A stretch of DNA of 63,104 nt, filler included, from Octopus bimaculoides (Eukaryota): the NCBI RefSeq assembly GCF_001194135.2. It is 9 parts of 7 records of this genome, joined end to end, with 100 filler letters (N's around TTAATTAATTAA, not from the genome) between each part and the next. Parts side by side here need not be neighbours in the genome. Positions count along the whole stretch, not along the records: positions 23,640 to 33,445 come from NC_068986.1; positions 33,546 to 39,398 come from NC_069000.1; 7 more parts are not named here. One strand, written 5' to 3'. The position numbers and the translations under genes are program-made. Below, piece by piece: positions 23,982 through 36,354 of the stretch. The notes beneath the pieces were generated by a model that was given only the letters and a program-made list of their open reading frames with translations, did not search any database and was not told where the DNA came from. The first letter of the stretch is position 1; each line of letters starts with the position of its first letter.

Positions 23982-24753
23982 TGAGTGCTTGATTATATAC
24001 CTGATAAAATTTAGTGAACCTTTAAGTTCAGAGTTCAAATCCTGCTTAGTAGTCAACTTCGCCATTTATCTTTCCAGCACCAGATATGTATTAGAGTCTA
24101 TTAACTCATTAATTGCCAATTTTTTTAAATTCATATTGTTTGTCTTACGAATTAAAATAATACATAGTGTTTAAATTTTCTTCATCTGTGAATCATTTGG
24201 GAAATTATGATAAATTTTTCGAAAAATCCCAAATGGGGATCGCTGAAAAAAGCATATTCATCCTTTTTTTTAATTATTTAATTGCAATAATAAACACGTT
24301 AGTTTTTTTTTTTTAATTATAGTATCAAATGCGAATGCGTATGAAATATCAATGAATGATATAGATGGGAAATGTAAAAAATAAAAAAATAGAAAAAAAT
24401 TAAAAAATAGAAAAAAATAATACGTTTTCAAAACAATCAATATTTTTGTAGATCAAAATATTGCGATTTATGACCTAAAATGTCCTCGAGAATTAACCAG
24501 AGCTAATAATGACAAACTTTAACTACTAAATATTGTTAAACACACCTCTGCAAATGCAATGTCCATAAGCAATTCACTTTAAATACAACGAACAACCGAA
24601 AGTGAGACTGCTTTTAGCAGATTCCCCCAAATGGGGCTCATAGCAGGCAAATGGGTTAAATCGCTGGTTCCTTCTCACGAGTCTTAGAAACTAAGAGCAA
24701 CGGCAACAATGACAGCAACACCAGCAACAACAGCAGCAACACAGTCATCGACG

Positions 24754-24808
<55 letters not shown>

Positions 24809-24889
24809 TATCATCATCAGTAGCAGTAGCGCTACCACCACTATTCCTATCATAACCATAACCACCACAACTACCACCACCACTGTTCA

Positions 24890-25208
24890 GAGTTCAAAAT
24901 GGTTAGGGCATTTGACTCACGATCATAAGGTCATGAGTTTGATTCCCGGCGGCGCGTTGTATCCTTGAACAAGGCATTTTATTTCACGCTGTTCCAGTCC
25001 ACTCAGCTGGCAAACACGAGTAGTACCGGTGATTGAAAGGATCAACCACGTCGCATTTTATGTGATGCTGAATCTCTCTGAGTACAACCTGAAGAGTACG
25101 CATGTCTATGGAGTGCTCAGCCACTTGCACGTTAATTTCACGAGCAGGGCTGTTCTGTGGATCAACTGTTCCAGATCAACTGGAACAATTGTCGTCGTAA
25201 CCGACGGA
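24890..25208 (+). mobile_element. Chimeric SINE: family D head/body with family C 3' module
   Basis: 24930-25020 GGCGCGTTGTATCCTTGAACAAGGCA..TTTCACGCTGTTCCAGTCCACTCAGCTGGCAAA matches D; 25035-25208 ..GGAGTGCTCAGCCACTTGCACGTTAATTTCACGAGCAGG..GTCGTCGTAACCGACGGAGT matches the C tail. Confidence 0.72.
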
Positions 25209-25603
25209 GTGGTGGGCGAGGTTGAAAGGATTGAGAACAGATAACTTCCTCTTCGGTTAAGTCCTCATCCACTTTTCGAAGTTCCACATAGAAAGGAAAA
25301 TGAGGATGGAGAGGGAAGTGCTCTCTTCCAAAAGGTGGGTGGCTGCTGCAAAAATGGTTAAGACTTACTTTAAGGATGCACATTAGGATTGGAGAACAAC
25401 AGTTGGACGAGGGTTTGTGCTCTTGGTGGTAAGGGTTATTGTAGATCTGTTCCTTGATTGGCCCTAGTTGAGGTCTCCCCTGTATCAGGAAGATTGCATC
25501 ATAGATGTAATTATATATTTTGTATACTAGGTATACTTTTATCTCATTCCCCCTCCCCTCCCCCGTACCAAATAAATCATTACCGTCATCGTCATCGTCA
25601 TCG

Positions 25604-25695
<92 letters not shown>

Positions 25696-25702
25696 AAACA
25701 AA

Positions 25703-25890
25703 GGCGGTGAGATGGCAGAATAGTTAGCACACCGGAAATAATACTTAGTGGCATTTCTTCCGGCCTCTAAGTTCCGAGCTCAAAAGCAGTCAAGGTCAGC
25801 TTTGCCTTTCATCCTTTCGGTGTCCACAAAATACAGAACCAGTGAAGTACTGGGGTCGCTGTAATCGACTAACCCTTTTACCCTAGAAAC
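25703..25890 (+). mobile_element. SINE family B
   Basis: Homologous to 4544-4752; ends in (ATC)n. Confidence 0.8.
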
Positions 25891-25914
25891 GATCATCATC
25901 ATCATCATTTTTTT

Positions 25915-26863
25915 GTCTTTGCACTGCTTCTAACGCTGGAGATATACTATGCTGCCAAATGTTCACTACCAAGGCATACCCTTTATTTTTCGAGCTGTTC
26001 CAAGCAGTGCTGTTTTCTGCAAGTGTTCCACACTTCTTGCAGCCCTTATTTCTTCCATGTACTTCTCAAGATTTTTACTCATTGTTCCCAGAGCTCCGAC
26101 AATTATTGGTACTACTACCACCTTTTTCATCGGCCTCAACTGCTTAACCTCCCAAGCTAACCTGTTATATCTATCGGCTTTTCTTTCTTCCTTATCACAT
26201 ACCCTGCCATCACTTGCACATGCTATATCTATGATCCAGCATCGTTTGCTTCCTTTCTCAATTAAAACTGTCTGGTTTCCTATTCTCTACATCACGGTCG
26301 CATTGAATCATAAAATCTCATAGGATCTTTGCTTTATCATTTTCGATAATGCCTTAGGGGTTGTGGTCGTACCACTTTTTTGCTCTGTCAAGTCCATACT
26401 TGTTGCAAAGTGTCCAATGGACAATCCTTGCTATGTTGTCATGACGTCTCTTATATTCTTTCTCGGCCAGTGGCGTACATTGACTGGTAATATGCGATAC
26501 GGTTTCACCATTTTATCCACAAATTCTGCACTTATGACTTTCTGATGTGTTATCTATTCTGTATGAGATGTAATTCGTTCTTAATGCTCGCTCTTGAGCA
26601 GCACAAATTAGAGCCTCCATTTCCCGTTTTAAATCACTTTTAGTCATCCATAGCCAATTTTTTTTCTCTGTCTGTCTGTCTTATCTTCAACATCCCTATG
26701 AGATTGTCCATGCATTCTTTTCTTTATCCACCTATTTTCAGTTTTATTAATTTTCAAGTGCTTGTACAGTGCTTTATCTTTGCAATCCTCCATCCTACAC
26801 AAACCTGACCTTCTTACCACCAATAATAGCAGTTCTGTGGCATCTTTTACATACCATTCTATG

Positions 26864-26864
<1 letters not shown>
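25915..26864 (-). mobile_element. 5'-truncated R4/Dong-like LINE (CCHC zinc knuckle plus restriction-like endonuclease), second subfamily
   Basis: WLWMTKSDLKREMEALICAAQERALRTNY..KCRICG*NGETVSHITSQCTPLAEKEYKRRHDNIARIVHW..NRKPD..VPIIVGALGT..LQKTALLGTA. Confidence 0.88.
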
Positions 26865-26935
<71 letters not shown>

Positions 26936-27524
26936 GTTTTATTTTTATAACGTGCTTTTACTNNNNNNNNNNNNNNNNNNNNNNNNNNNNNNNNNNNNNN
27001 NNNNNNNNNNNNNNNNNNNNNNNNNNNNNNNNNNNNNNNNNNNNNNNNNNNNNNNNNNNNNNNNNNNNNNNNNNNNNNNNNNNNNNNNNNNNNNNNNNNN
27101 NNNNNNNNNNNNNNNNNNNNNNNNNNNNNNNNNNNNNNNNNNNNNNNNNNNNNNNNNNNNNNNNNNNNNNNNNNNNNNNNNNNNNNNNNNNNNNNNNNNN
27201 NNNNNNNNNNNNNNNNNNNNNNNNNNNNNNNNNNNNNNNNNNNNNNNNNNNNNNNNNNNNNNNNNNNNNNNNNNNNNNNNNNNNNNNNNNNNNNNNNNNN
27301 NNNNNNNNNNNNNNNNNNNNNNNNNNNNNNNNNNNNNNNNNNNNNNNNNNNNNNNNNNNNNNNNNNNNNNNNNNNNNNNNNNNNNNNNNNNNNNNNNNNN
27401 NNNNNNNNNNNNNNNNNNNNNNNNNTCTTCTTCTTCTTCTTCTTCTTCTTCTTCTTCTTCTTCTTCTTCTTCTTCTTCTTCTTCTTCTTCTTCTTCTTCT
27501 TCTTCTTCTTCTTCTTCTTCTTCT

Positions 27525-29019
27525 TTATATCTACATGTTTGTTACAATCACTTGCCGAAACACACCTAGCGTCCCGGGGCGACGAGTGAAGGATAAGAGA
27601 TGTTACTGTATGACTGAAATCTTGGGGAGGAGAAGGGACAGGGGAAGTAGCAAAATATTTTCATGTAATACAATACAGACGTTTAAGTTGATAGGGTTTT
27701 TCTAAGGATGTGTGCATTAACTGTCAGCACAATCTTTTGGATTTCTCTGAGACATGGTTCTCCTGGGATATTATCTAGATGTTTCTAATATCCATTCCTT
27801 ATCAGACCTAGGGCACCCACAATAACAGGAACCTTTCTCGCTTTAAGATGCTACATTTTTGTATTTCAATTTCCAGGTCCTTATATTTACTTAATTTGTC
27901 ACATTCCTTTACTGATATATCTTTATCAGTGGGAAGACTTACATCTATTAGTCTTCAAGTATTTTCTTCCCGTCTTTAATAACTATGCCTGGTCGATTAG
28001 CCTGGATCGTTCTGTCGGTGTTGACTGGAAAATCCACGAGGACTGACATTTTTACCTTCAACGGCTGGCTCAGGATGATGTTAATACCAGTAAGCAGGAA
28101 TGCTGATTTTGTAGTGTTTACATATTTTCCAATGTAAATACTGTCCTAACCAGTCGTGGCGATTTTCGTATTCGTTTAGTGTCAGCACAAGACATCCTGA
28201 GACGAGATGGTCTACTGTTTCGTCAAATGTGTCACAGAATCTACACTTAGAGTTAGAACCGTTTTGAAGAACGTTAGCCTGGTAGTTTTTGATAAGCAAT
28301 CTTTGATCTCGTGCCGCCAATATTAAACCTTCAGTCTCTGCTTTAAGTCCTGAGCTTCTCAGCCGCTGATAGGTTGTTACATGCTCTACATCAGCATTTC
28401 GACTTCGAAGTGTATATCGTCCATGTAGAAGCGTCTGGCTCCACCGCTCCTCAATTTGTTTCTGCCCGTTCTTTTTTGCAGTCTGTTTGATCTGTTTTGC
28501 TTGTTTTGTGGCAGTGGTTTCAGGTTCTTCATTTAATTCGGGGTTAATGCAAAGATCCCTTGCTAATTTGCAAGCTTCCTTGACAATAGAATGTGATTTA
28601 TTGCTGCTTTCGTGTTTGCACACAAGCCGCAGCATTCATTCCTTTGTACTAGATAAGTACTTGTTCATTACTATTATGGAGGTCTTATAGCACAGTTCTG
28701 CCTGCATCATTCCTCTTTCCCAATTACGTCTAGGTAGGTACAGACGATCAACGTCTGCTTTTGGGTGCTGCATATTCTTAGATGTTAGTAAATTTCTTGT
28801 CTTCCTGTTCAGGCGTTAGAGCTCTGTAAGATTAATCATGTTAAAACTGTTTTGGACAAACTACTAAAATTGCCAGGGTGTTAATGGCTTCGATGCAATT
28901 TTTTGAGTCGAGTTCAGATTTTAGTATGAGTCTTACTCTCCTGTAATACCCCTTTCTTATGTTTTCCTTAGTAGAATGCTGTATACTATCTCCTTCGTTC
29001 ATCCCCAGGTATTTATAGC

Positions 29020-29021
<2 letters not shown>
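27525..29021 (-). mobile_element. 5'-truncated R4/Dong-like LINE (RT thumb to RLE, 3' UTR)
   Basis: YKYLG..YYRRVRLILKSELDSKN; SSGLKAETEGLILAARDQ; CRFCDTFDETVDHLVSGC; VPVIVGALGLI; 5' junction abuts (TTA)n at 29022-29071. Confidence 0.9.
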
Positions 29022-29074
<53 letters not shown>

Positions 29075-29529
29075 AAAGGCTGCGAAATAGCAGAATATAG
29101 ACAGATATATATATATATATATATACACAAGTATATACACAGATATACACATACGTGCATAAAGATGCATACCCATGTACATAAACACACAACAAAACAC
29201 GCGTACAAAGACAAAGGTACTAACGCACACGTCAGTGTCACAAACTACTACCTACTTGACTCAATTTCCTGTAACATCTAACTTGTGAGTAGTAAATTAT
29301 ATTGGAGACATGTCTGTGTTTTTAGACTAATTTATATTTGGTGAGATTAATGCTTCCAGCAGTGGCTGTTATTGTTGTTTAGCTTCTAAAGTGTTTAGTG
29401 TTGAGCGAGAGAAGACTTAGGACGAACGACAATTTAACTATGACCATCCTATCAACACTAACAAGATATGTGCAACGAAGCTAAGTATAACACTTTGATT
29501 GACGCTTGTGACGAGAAATAATGCGCTAA

Positions 29530-29760
29530 GATATTGGTTTCTAATATAGGCACAAGGCCAGCAATTTTAATGGGTTCATCGATGCTGATGGTTAAAGTAC
29601 TTGAGGGGTACTTTATTTCAACGACTCTGAAAGGATTGAAAGCAAAGATGACCATGGTGAGATTTGAACTCAGGACGTAAAGATCTGGAAGGAACGAATA
29701 CCGCAAAGTATTTATTTCAACGTTCTGACGACTCTTCCAGCTCGACACCTTAAGGCTTCT
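29530..29760 (-). mobile_element. SINE family B, decayed
   Basis: AAAGGATTGAAAGCAAAGATGACC..GATTTGAACTCAGGACGTAAAG. Confidence 0.65.
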
Positions 29761-30339
29761 TTGTAATATCAAGGAAAGTTGACAAACAATATAAGTAAAC
29801 GAGATGCCAGAAGGATTGTTTATACTTTTGGGTCTGAGATTAATGTTTCTAATGCCACATTCTGAGTCATGATGGTTGTACACGAAGGTTACGTTAAGGT
29901 TACGAGTGTCTGTGGAGTACTCAGCCACTTATAAGACACCAGTATAATGGATAAGTAATTGAGTTAATAGTACAGCTGATTTATTTAAACCACACACACA
30001 TACAGATTTAAACTCGTTCTCACATATACGCTTATACGAACATTCATGTATATATGTATATACGTGTGCATGCATGTTGGTTTACGTGATGTTACTACAC
30101 CAATCACAATATATACACACAATATCATATAAGCCAAGTGTTGATCTATAAATGACCTGATTTGGAGTCCACCAAATTAAAAGCCATAAAACATGTACGG
30201 TAGCATTTAAATCATCCAAGTTTCACTGCAAGAAAGCCCAACGTCTGTCTGTCTGTCTGTCTGTCTGTCTGTATGTATGTATGTATGTATGTATGTAAGC
30301 ATGTATGTGTTTCTTGTTCATGTTTCCCCACAGGTGTTG

Positions 30340-30645
30340 TTTTGAAGTTCTAGTTTGAAGATACATCTCATGGATGAATCAACAGCGATATTTCTGGGGG
30401 TCTCAAGAGTTTGAGGGTATTTAAACATTATCCCTCATCGCCCAGATGACCCAAAAGAAGTTAATCAAGCCCCAACTTGCCTCCTAGAAACAGCAAACCA
30501 CTACTTTACCCATTTTTTAAAATCCGAACCAACTTATAGTCTTCTTTGCAGCTTCAGTAATGGAATTTATAGCCCTTCTCTTTGATGTATCAGTAAATCT
30601 AATCCCAGTCAGAGCCATACAAATTGAACGACCTACAAAAGCATA
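30340..30645 (-). mobile_element. HERO-like (R2-group RLE) LINE 3' end
   Basis: FVGRSICMALTGIRFTDTSKRRAINSITEAAKKTISW resembles the HERO ORF C-terminus (RRRAI..EAAERASRW); UTR GGGGCTTGATTAAC..TGGGTCATCTGGGCGA..GACCCCCAG resembles the HERO 3' UTR (recalled, not searched). Confidence 0.6.
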
Positions 30646-30670
30646 CATATTCATACAGACGCAGCAAATA

Positions 30671-30733
<63 letters not shown>

Positions 30734-31225
30734 NNNNNNNNNNNNNNNNNNNNNNNNNNNNNNNNNNNNNNNNNNNNNNNNNNNNNNNNNNNNNNNNNNN
30801 NNNNNNNNNNNNNNNNNNNNNNNNNNNNNNNNNNNNNNNNNNNNNNNNNNNNNNNNNNNNNNNNNNNNNNNNNNNNNNNNNNNNNNNNNNNNNNNNNNNN
30901 NNNNNNNNNNNNNNNNNNNNNNNNNNNNNNNNNNNNNNNNNNNNNNNNNNNNNNNNNNNNNNNNNNNNNNNNNNNNNNNNNNNNNNNNNNNNNNNNNNNN
31001 NNNNNNNNNNNNNNNNNNNNNNNNNNNNNNNNNNNNNNNNNNNNNNNNNNNNNNNNNNNNNNNNNNNNNNNNNNNNNNNNNNNNNNNNNNNNNNNNNNNN
31101 NNNNNNNNNNNNNNNNNNNNNNNNNNNNNNNNNNNNNNNNNNNNNNNNNNNNNNNNNNNNNNNNNNNNNNNNNNNNNNNNNNNNNNNNNNNNNNNNNNNN
31201 NNNNNNNNNNNNNNNNNNNNNNNNN

Positions 31226-31256
<31 letters not shown>

Positions 31257-31638
31257 GGTGGTGCCTCAGCATGGCTGCAGTCTAATGACTGAACATACAG
31301 AAAATAAGAAAAACACACATATAGGGGGTGGATACTATCATCCCTCATCAGCTACCGACCAAAATCTTCACAATTTCGACGCCTTATCGACGATATTACT
31401 CATTTTGGTAGCGTCATAGCAAATCTCTGCTGGGATATAAGTGAGCGGACATGAGGGACAGAATGAGACAAGAACAACAAAGACGAGGGTCAATAGACTG
31501 AGCGATAACGCTCGCGCGCGCACGCACACACACGCACACGCAAATATGCCTCCTCCAAGAAATGTCCCCCACAAATATAAAACGAAAAAGCACGGACAGT
31601 AATAAAAATATAAACAAATAATAAACTATAAAGGTATC

Positions 31639-31673
<35 letters not shown>

Positions 31674-31732
31674 CATCACCCCCTCTATCTATCTATCATC
31701 TATCTATCTTTCTATCTATCCATCGCCACTCC

Positions 31733-31799
<67 letters not shown>

Positions 31800-32042
31800 G
31801 TCTGTCTGTCTATCTATTATCCGCTGAGGTGAAGTATTAAGTGCCAGTCAACTCTCATCTGATAAATATGATTCTATTAATAATACAGACTACCACCATC
31901 ATATATTTAAGTTTAGAATAACAATTGAATGTGAAAAGTAATTAGCTCTTACGTAAAGGGGAAATCTATTTTTAACTCTATTCTCAGACATACCTATGTA
32001 TGCACACACACATAAACGACAAAGATTCCGACACTATATATA

Positions 32043-32091
<49 letters not shown>

Positions 32092-32333
32092 TCAATAGTT
32101 GTTACGTATGTTCGCTATTTATAGCCAGTGTGGAGTGCACATGTGCATTTGAGCATCATTAATATCAATATTCGCTTATGAAGCAGCACGTCTTTTCTAT
32201 TTTTACACTTGTGTGTATTTATATAATCAGAGAAAACCACTTTATTAAAAATATTGTAACAGACCTAAAAATAGCATTCTATATACGTATGCATGTCTAC
32301 ATTATATTTATGGAAATAGTCATATACATGTCT

Positions 32334-32438
<105 letters not shown>

Positions 32439-32472
32439 CACACACATATATATACATACATACATACATGCA

Positions 32473-32564
<92 letters not shown>

Positions 32565-32592
32565 TATTGTTCGAAACAGTTTGATTCGGATT

Positions 32593-32648
32593 CCGTGCTA
32601 CTTAAAGTTTCAAAGCGCCCTTAACGGGGCCTTTCCTCAGGCTAGCGG
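32593..32648 (-). ncRNA. Type I hammerhead-like motif within a palindrome cluster
   Basis: CCGCUAGC-CUGAGGA-AAGGC..GCUUU-GAAA-CUUUAAG-UA-GCACGG: intact core and GUA triplet, weak bulged helix I. Confidence 0.5.
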
Positions 32649-33401
32649 GAATAAGAATCCCGAGGAAAGGCCCCGTTGGGAGTGACGTGTATTGTTCAAA
32701 CTGTTTTGAACAATACACGTCACTCCCAATAAATTTGTTGCGTGCTCTTTCTATCGTTTGTCCACTCACTCGTACATATATATATATTTATATATATATA
32801 TATATCTTTACAAACAATATATGAGTATATGCATATATATGTACATGTATGTACATACCTTCATCCACATGTACATATAGATACATAACGGGGTACATGA
32901 CGTAGCAAAAGAACATGGACAAAATGGTAAACAAAGTGCAACAAACAAGCAAGTCACATAGAAACATCTCCTTCATCAGCTGCCACCATTAAAACACCGG
33001 CGTTTCGAAGAATTAAAGCAGTACGCATCGTTAAAATGGTTTTTCCCACGAATACAAATTAAATTGTTTTCGTGGAGTGTAGTGGCGGACGGAAAACAAG
33101 ACAGGAAAACGAAACGGTGAAATAAACAAACAAAAAGGCTGTACAGCCAGACGTGAAGTGTGTATGTATTGAACGCTGTGAGGCACGAACTGGAGGAGCA
33201 AAAAAGTACGTGCGAGCTTGAGGAGTCAAAGAACGAAAAGAAATAGCAGCCGGACACACGTGACCAGCGCTGGTTAGAGAGAAAGAGTAGCAGAGGGAGA
33301 AGAAGGGGAGGAAGTAGAATAAAAGTGAGCAACGAGAGGTAGAGAGGGAGAGAGATAGTAGTAGTAATAGTGAGAGGCGAATGACGAGCAGCGAGAGATA
33401 G

Positions 33402-33445
<44 letters not shown>

Positions 33446-33545
33446 NNNNNNNNNNNNNNNNNNNNNNNNNNNNNNNNNNNNNNNNNNNNTTAATTAATTA
33501 ANNNNNNNNNNNNNNNNNNNNNNNNNNNNNNNNNNNNNNNNNNNN

Positions 33546-33586
<41 letters not shown>

Positions 33587-33790
33587 CATATATATGCATA
33601 CATATATATGCAAATATAGATACATGCATATATCTATATACACACACACATATATATACATACATATGCATATACATATGTATGTGTGCGTGCGTGTGTG
33701 TGTGTTTGTGTGTGTGTGAGTGTATATGCATGTATGTATGTATGTATGTATGTATGTATGCATGTATGTATGTGTTCATGTATGTATGTA

Positions 33791-33862
33791 TTTATTGTTA
33801 AACAGAATTACAAAAGGACTTCAACCCCTGTGTTTCGCCGACCGCAGCTCATCAGGCAGCAG
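33791..33862 (-). ncRNA. Hammerhead core plus helix II followed by AATAAA (PLE-type 3' end), helices I/III decayed
   Basis: CUGAUGA-GCUG cggu CGGC-GAAAC, then AATAAA ~35 nt downstream and (CATA)n. Confidence 0.5.
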
Positions 33863-34448
33863 AAAGTGAATAGTTTGGAAGAAAATACAAATGAAGTAAA
33901 TCTCGGAAAGTGGTTGGAGTTGAATATTGATAGAAGTACTGTAAAAGTCAGAAGTGGCTTTTACAAAAAAATATGTGGTTAAAAATTTAAAAGAAGTAAT
34001 AAAAAACCAAAATGTTAAAATTAAAACGATGAGCAGGGAATAATAATAATAAAAAAAAGATGTTGATTCAAACAGACACGAAAGAAATAACAATTTTACT
34101 AAACAAATAAACGTGTTCAAACTAATGTCTTCACGCTAAGTATATACATGCGCGAAATAAATACACACACAAACATACACATATATGGAGTAAAGCAGCT
34201 AAATACAAATTCGGTTTAGTATATATTTACTAATTTATACGAAGCACAAAAATATTGAATAACGGAAAAAATATATACAAAGAAATTTTGTAATGTTATA
34301 TCACGACAGCTGTTTCAGGAAAACAAAAGTTACGTAATAATCATAATTTGCATGCATCAGCTGTATAGTATGCCTATTACGTAATACTTAGTTTCTTGAA
34401 ACAGCGTCGAGATGATTTTACATAATTTCTTCATATATATACACATAC

Positions 34449-34483
<35 letters not shown>

Positions 34484-34513
34484 CACATACACATACATAC
34501 ATACATACATACA

Positions 34514-34549
<36 letters not shown>

Positions 34550-34614
34550 TACACTTCGTTTTTGGATTTGGTTTGCAAGATTCTTTATGTGTTGAAGCAT
34601 ATTTTGTTGTGTCT

Positions 34615-35315
34615 GGGGAGAATCATTCTCCTTTAGTGCCTTATTATTTAACACACTCACCGGTAACGTTTCCGCTCATTCGCTTATTTATTTTTCCAAA
34701 AATTTTCGTTGCGCCTTGCAAACTTTTCAATAGTCGTTGACTCTGTCTGTTATCCGAGGTGCTCGGATAACGGACAGAGTCAACGACTATTGAAAAGGNN
34801 NNNNNNNNAGTTTGCAAGGCGCAACGAAAATTTTTGGAAAAATAAATAAGCGAATGAGCGGAAACGTTACCGGTGAGTGTGTTAAATAATAAGGCACTAA
34901 AGGAGAATGTGGAAGCGCAATGGCCCAAGGGCAGCGGACTCGCGGTCATAGGATCGCGGTTTCGATTCCGAGACCGGACGTTGTGAGTATTTATTGAGTG
35001 AAAACACCTAAAGCTCCACGAGGCTCCAGCAGGGGATGGTAGCGAACCCTGTTGTACTCTTTAACCACAACTTTCTCTCATTCTTACTTCCTATTTCTGT
35101 TGTGCCTCTAATTCAAGGGCCAGCCTTGTCACACTCTGTGTCACGCCTAATATCCACCGAGAACTACATTAAGGGTACACGTGTCTGTGGAGTGCTCAGC
35201 CACTTGCACGTTAATTTCATGAGTAGGGTGTTCCGTTAATCGGATCAACTGGAACCCTCGTCGTTGTAAGCAACGGAGTGCCACTTTCTAAAGGAGAATA
35301 ACTCTCCCCAGACGC
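34615..35315. mobile_element. Palindromic MITE/foldback centred at 34759-34761, right arm interrupted by SINE C
   Basis: ~145-bp near-perfect inverted arms with a 3-nt loop (GTG); the arm resumes as ACTCTCCCCAGAC after the SINE. Confidence 0.8.
34909..35284 (+). mobile_element. SINE family C, full length with 12-bp TSD (CTAAAGGAGAAT at 34897-34908 and 35288-35299)
   Basis: tRNA-like A/B boxes, body, 3' end and flanking direct repeat all visible. Confidence 0.92.
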
Positions 35316-35332
35316 TATATATATCTTTATAT

Positions 35333-35490
35333 ATAGGGAGAATTCACAAAAAAACAAAAAAAAAACACAAAAGACGAAGACAGGTGATGTAGAAAACAAA
35401 CACTTGTTTTAGTACAACGCTCGAGAAGTGAAAAAGTATTTAACGTTTCGAGCCTGCGCTCTTCCACAGAAAGGAACACGGAAAGCAAAT
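35333..35490 (-). mobile_element. Family G mini-element with decayed hammerhead (core CUGUGGA)
   Basis: Homologous to 37664-37802 and 45434-45556; abuts (TA)n. Confidence 0.75.
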
Positions 35491-36354
35491 GTAACTTGAT
35501 CGGTAGACTGGGGTCAAAAGGCGAACCAAATTAACATGGCACCTCTTTGGTAATTACCAAATTTGGTGACTACAATGATTTGGGTACTGAAGACAGTTTA
35601 GTCGATGCCAGTAAGCTGAAGATAATCTGGGTATATCTGGGACCTATTCTTGCCAGGTGGATCATTGTCCGCTCTACATCTGAACTCATACGCCAAGATA
35701 AGTTATCTTTTACGTTCGCTTTCTCCTCATCTTCCTTCTGCCTCAATCAATACTTCGGGTCGCCGTTGACTGGTTCCGATTTTGAATAACAAATCAGAAG
35801 TAAATTATCACTTTCCAAGGGAGATAACAATATATAATAAATATATAGAGTAATTTCCCCTGAAAAATTAGAATTTTCAATACGAAATCTGAAATATATG
35901 TGACAATATATGTGTGTATGTGTATATACGTATGTATGTATGTATGTATGTATGTATATCCATTAGATATCTATATGATATAGATTGGCAACAGAAAGAA
36001 TTTATATGTGAGAACAATTGTGTAATGGTTGTTTTTGACTAGTGTTGGCTGTTTGTGGTCTTATAGTCTCCCCTAAGGCCTATCGTAGGTCACATGGTAT
36101 GGCGATGCTTTCATTGTGCAAAAGACTGAGGGATAAGTTAAGATTTGTTGCCGGTGAATATTTCAATTTAAAATGGGTTTAAGGATGGAGAATATTTCAT
36201 ATAATAATCCTATAAATCTATGTTAATTTCAAAAGATTGTGGTAAGTGGAAATTGGTGCGATCATCCTTTGAGTTGGGATAGGGAGAAAACAGTGCTGGA
36301 CTATTTAGAATTCATAGATTTGGGATTTAAGGTTAATTTGAAAAGATGTCTTCG

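Noticed and set aside
31325-31352. CUGAUGA plus GGAU/AUCC helix II on the minus strand
   Set aside because: No GAAA or cleavage triplet follows; at best a truncated remnant. It also undermines the nearby exon-like EICYDATKM.. reading
35547-35789. 80-aa ORF in non-repetitive sequence
   Set aside because: No recognisable motif, non-ATG start, no convincing splice sites
35990-36350. Possible CR1/L2-type LINE remnant on the minus strand
   Set aside because: Only faint similarity, with stops in all frames; cannot be supported
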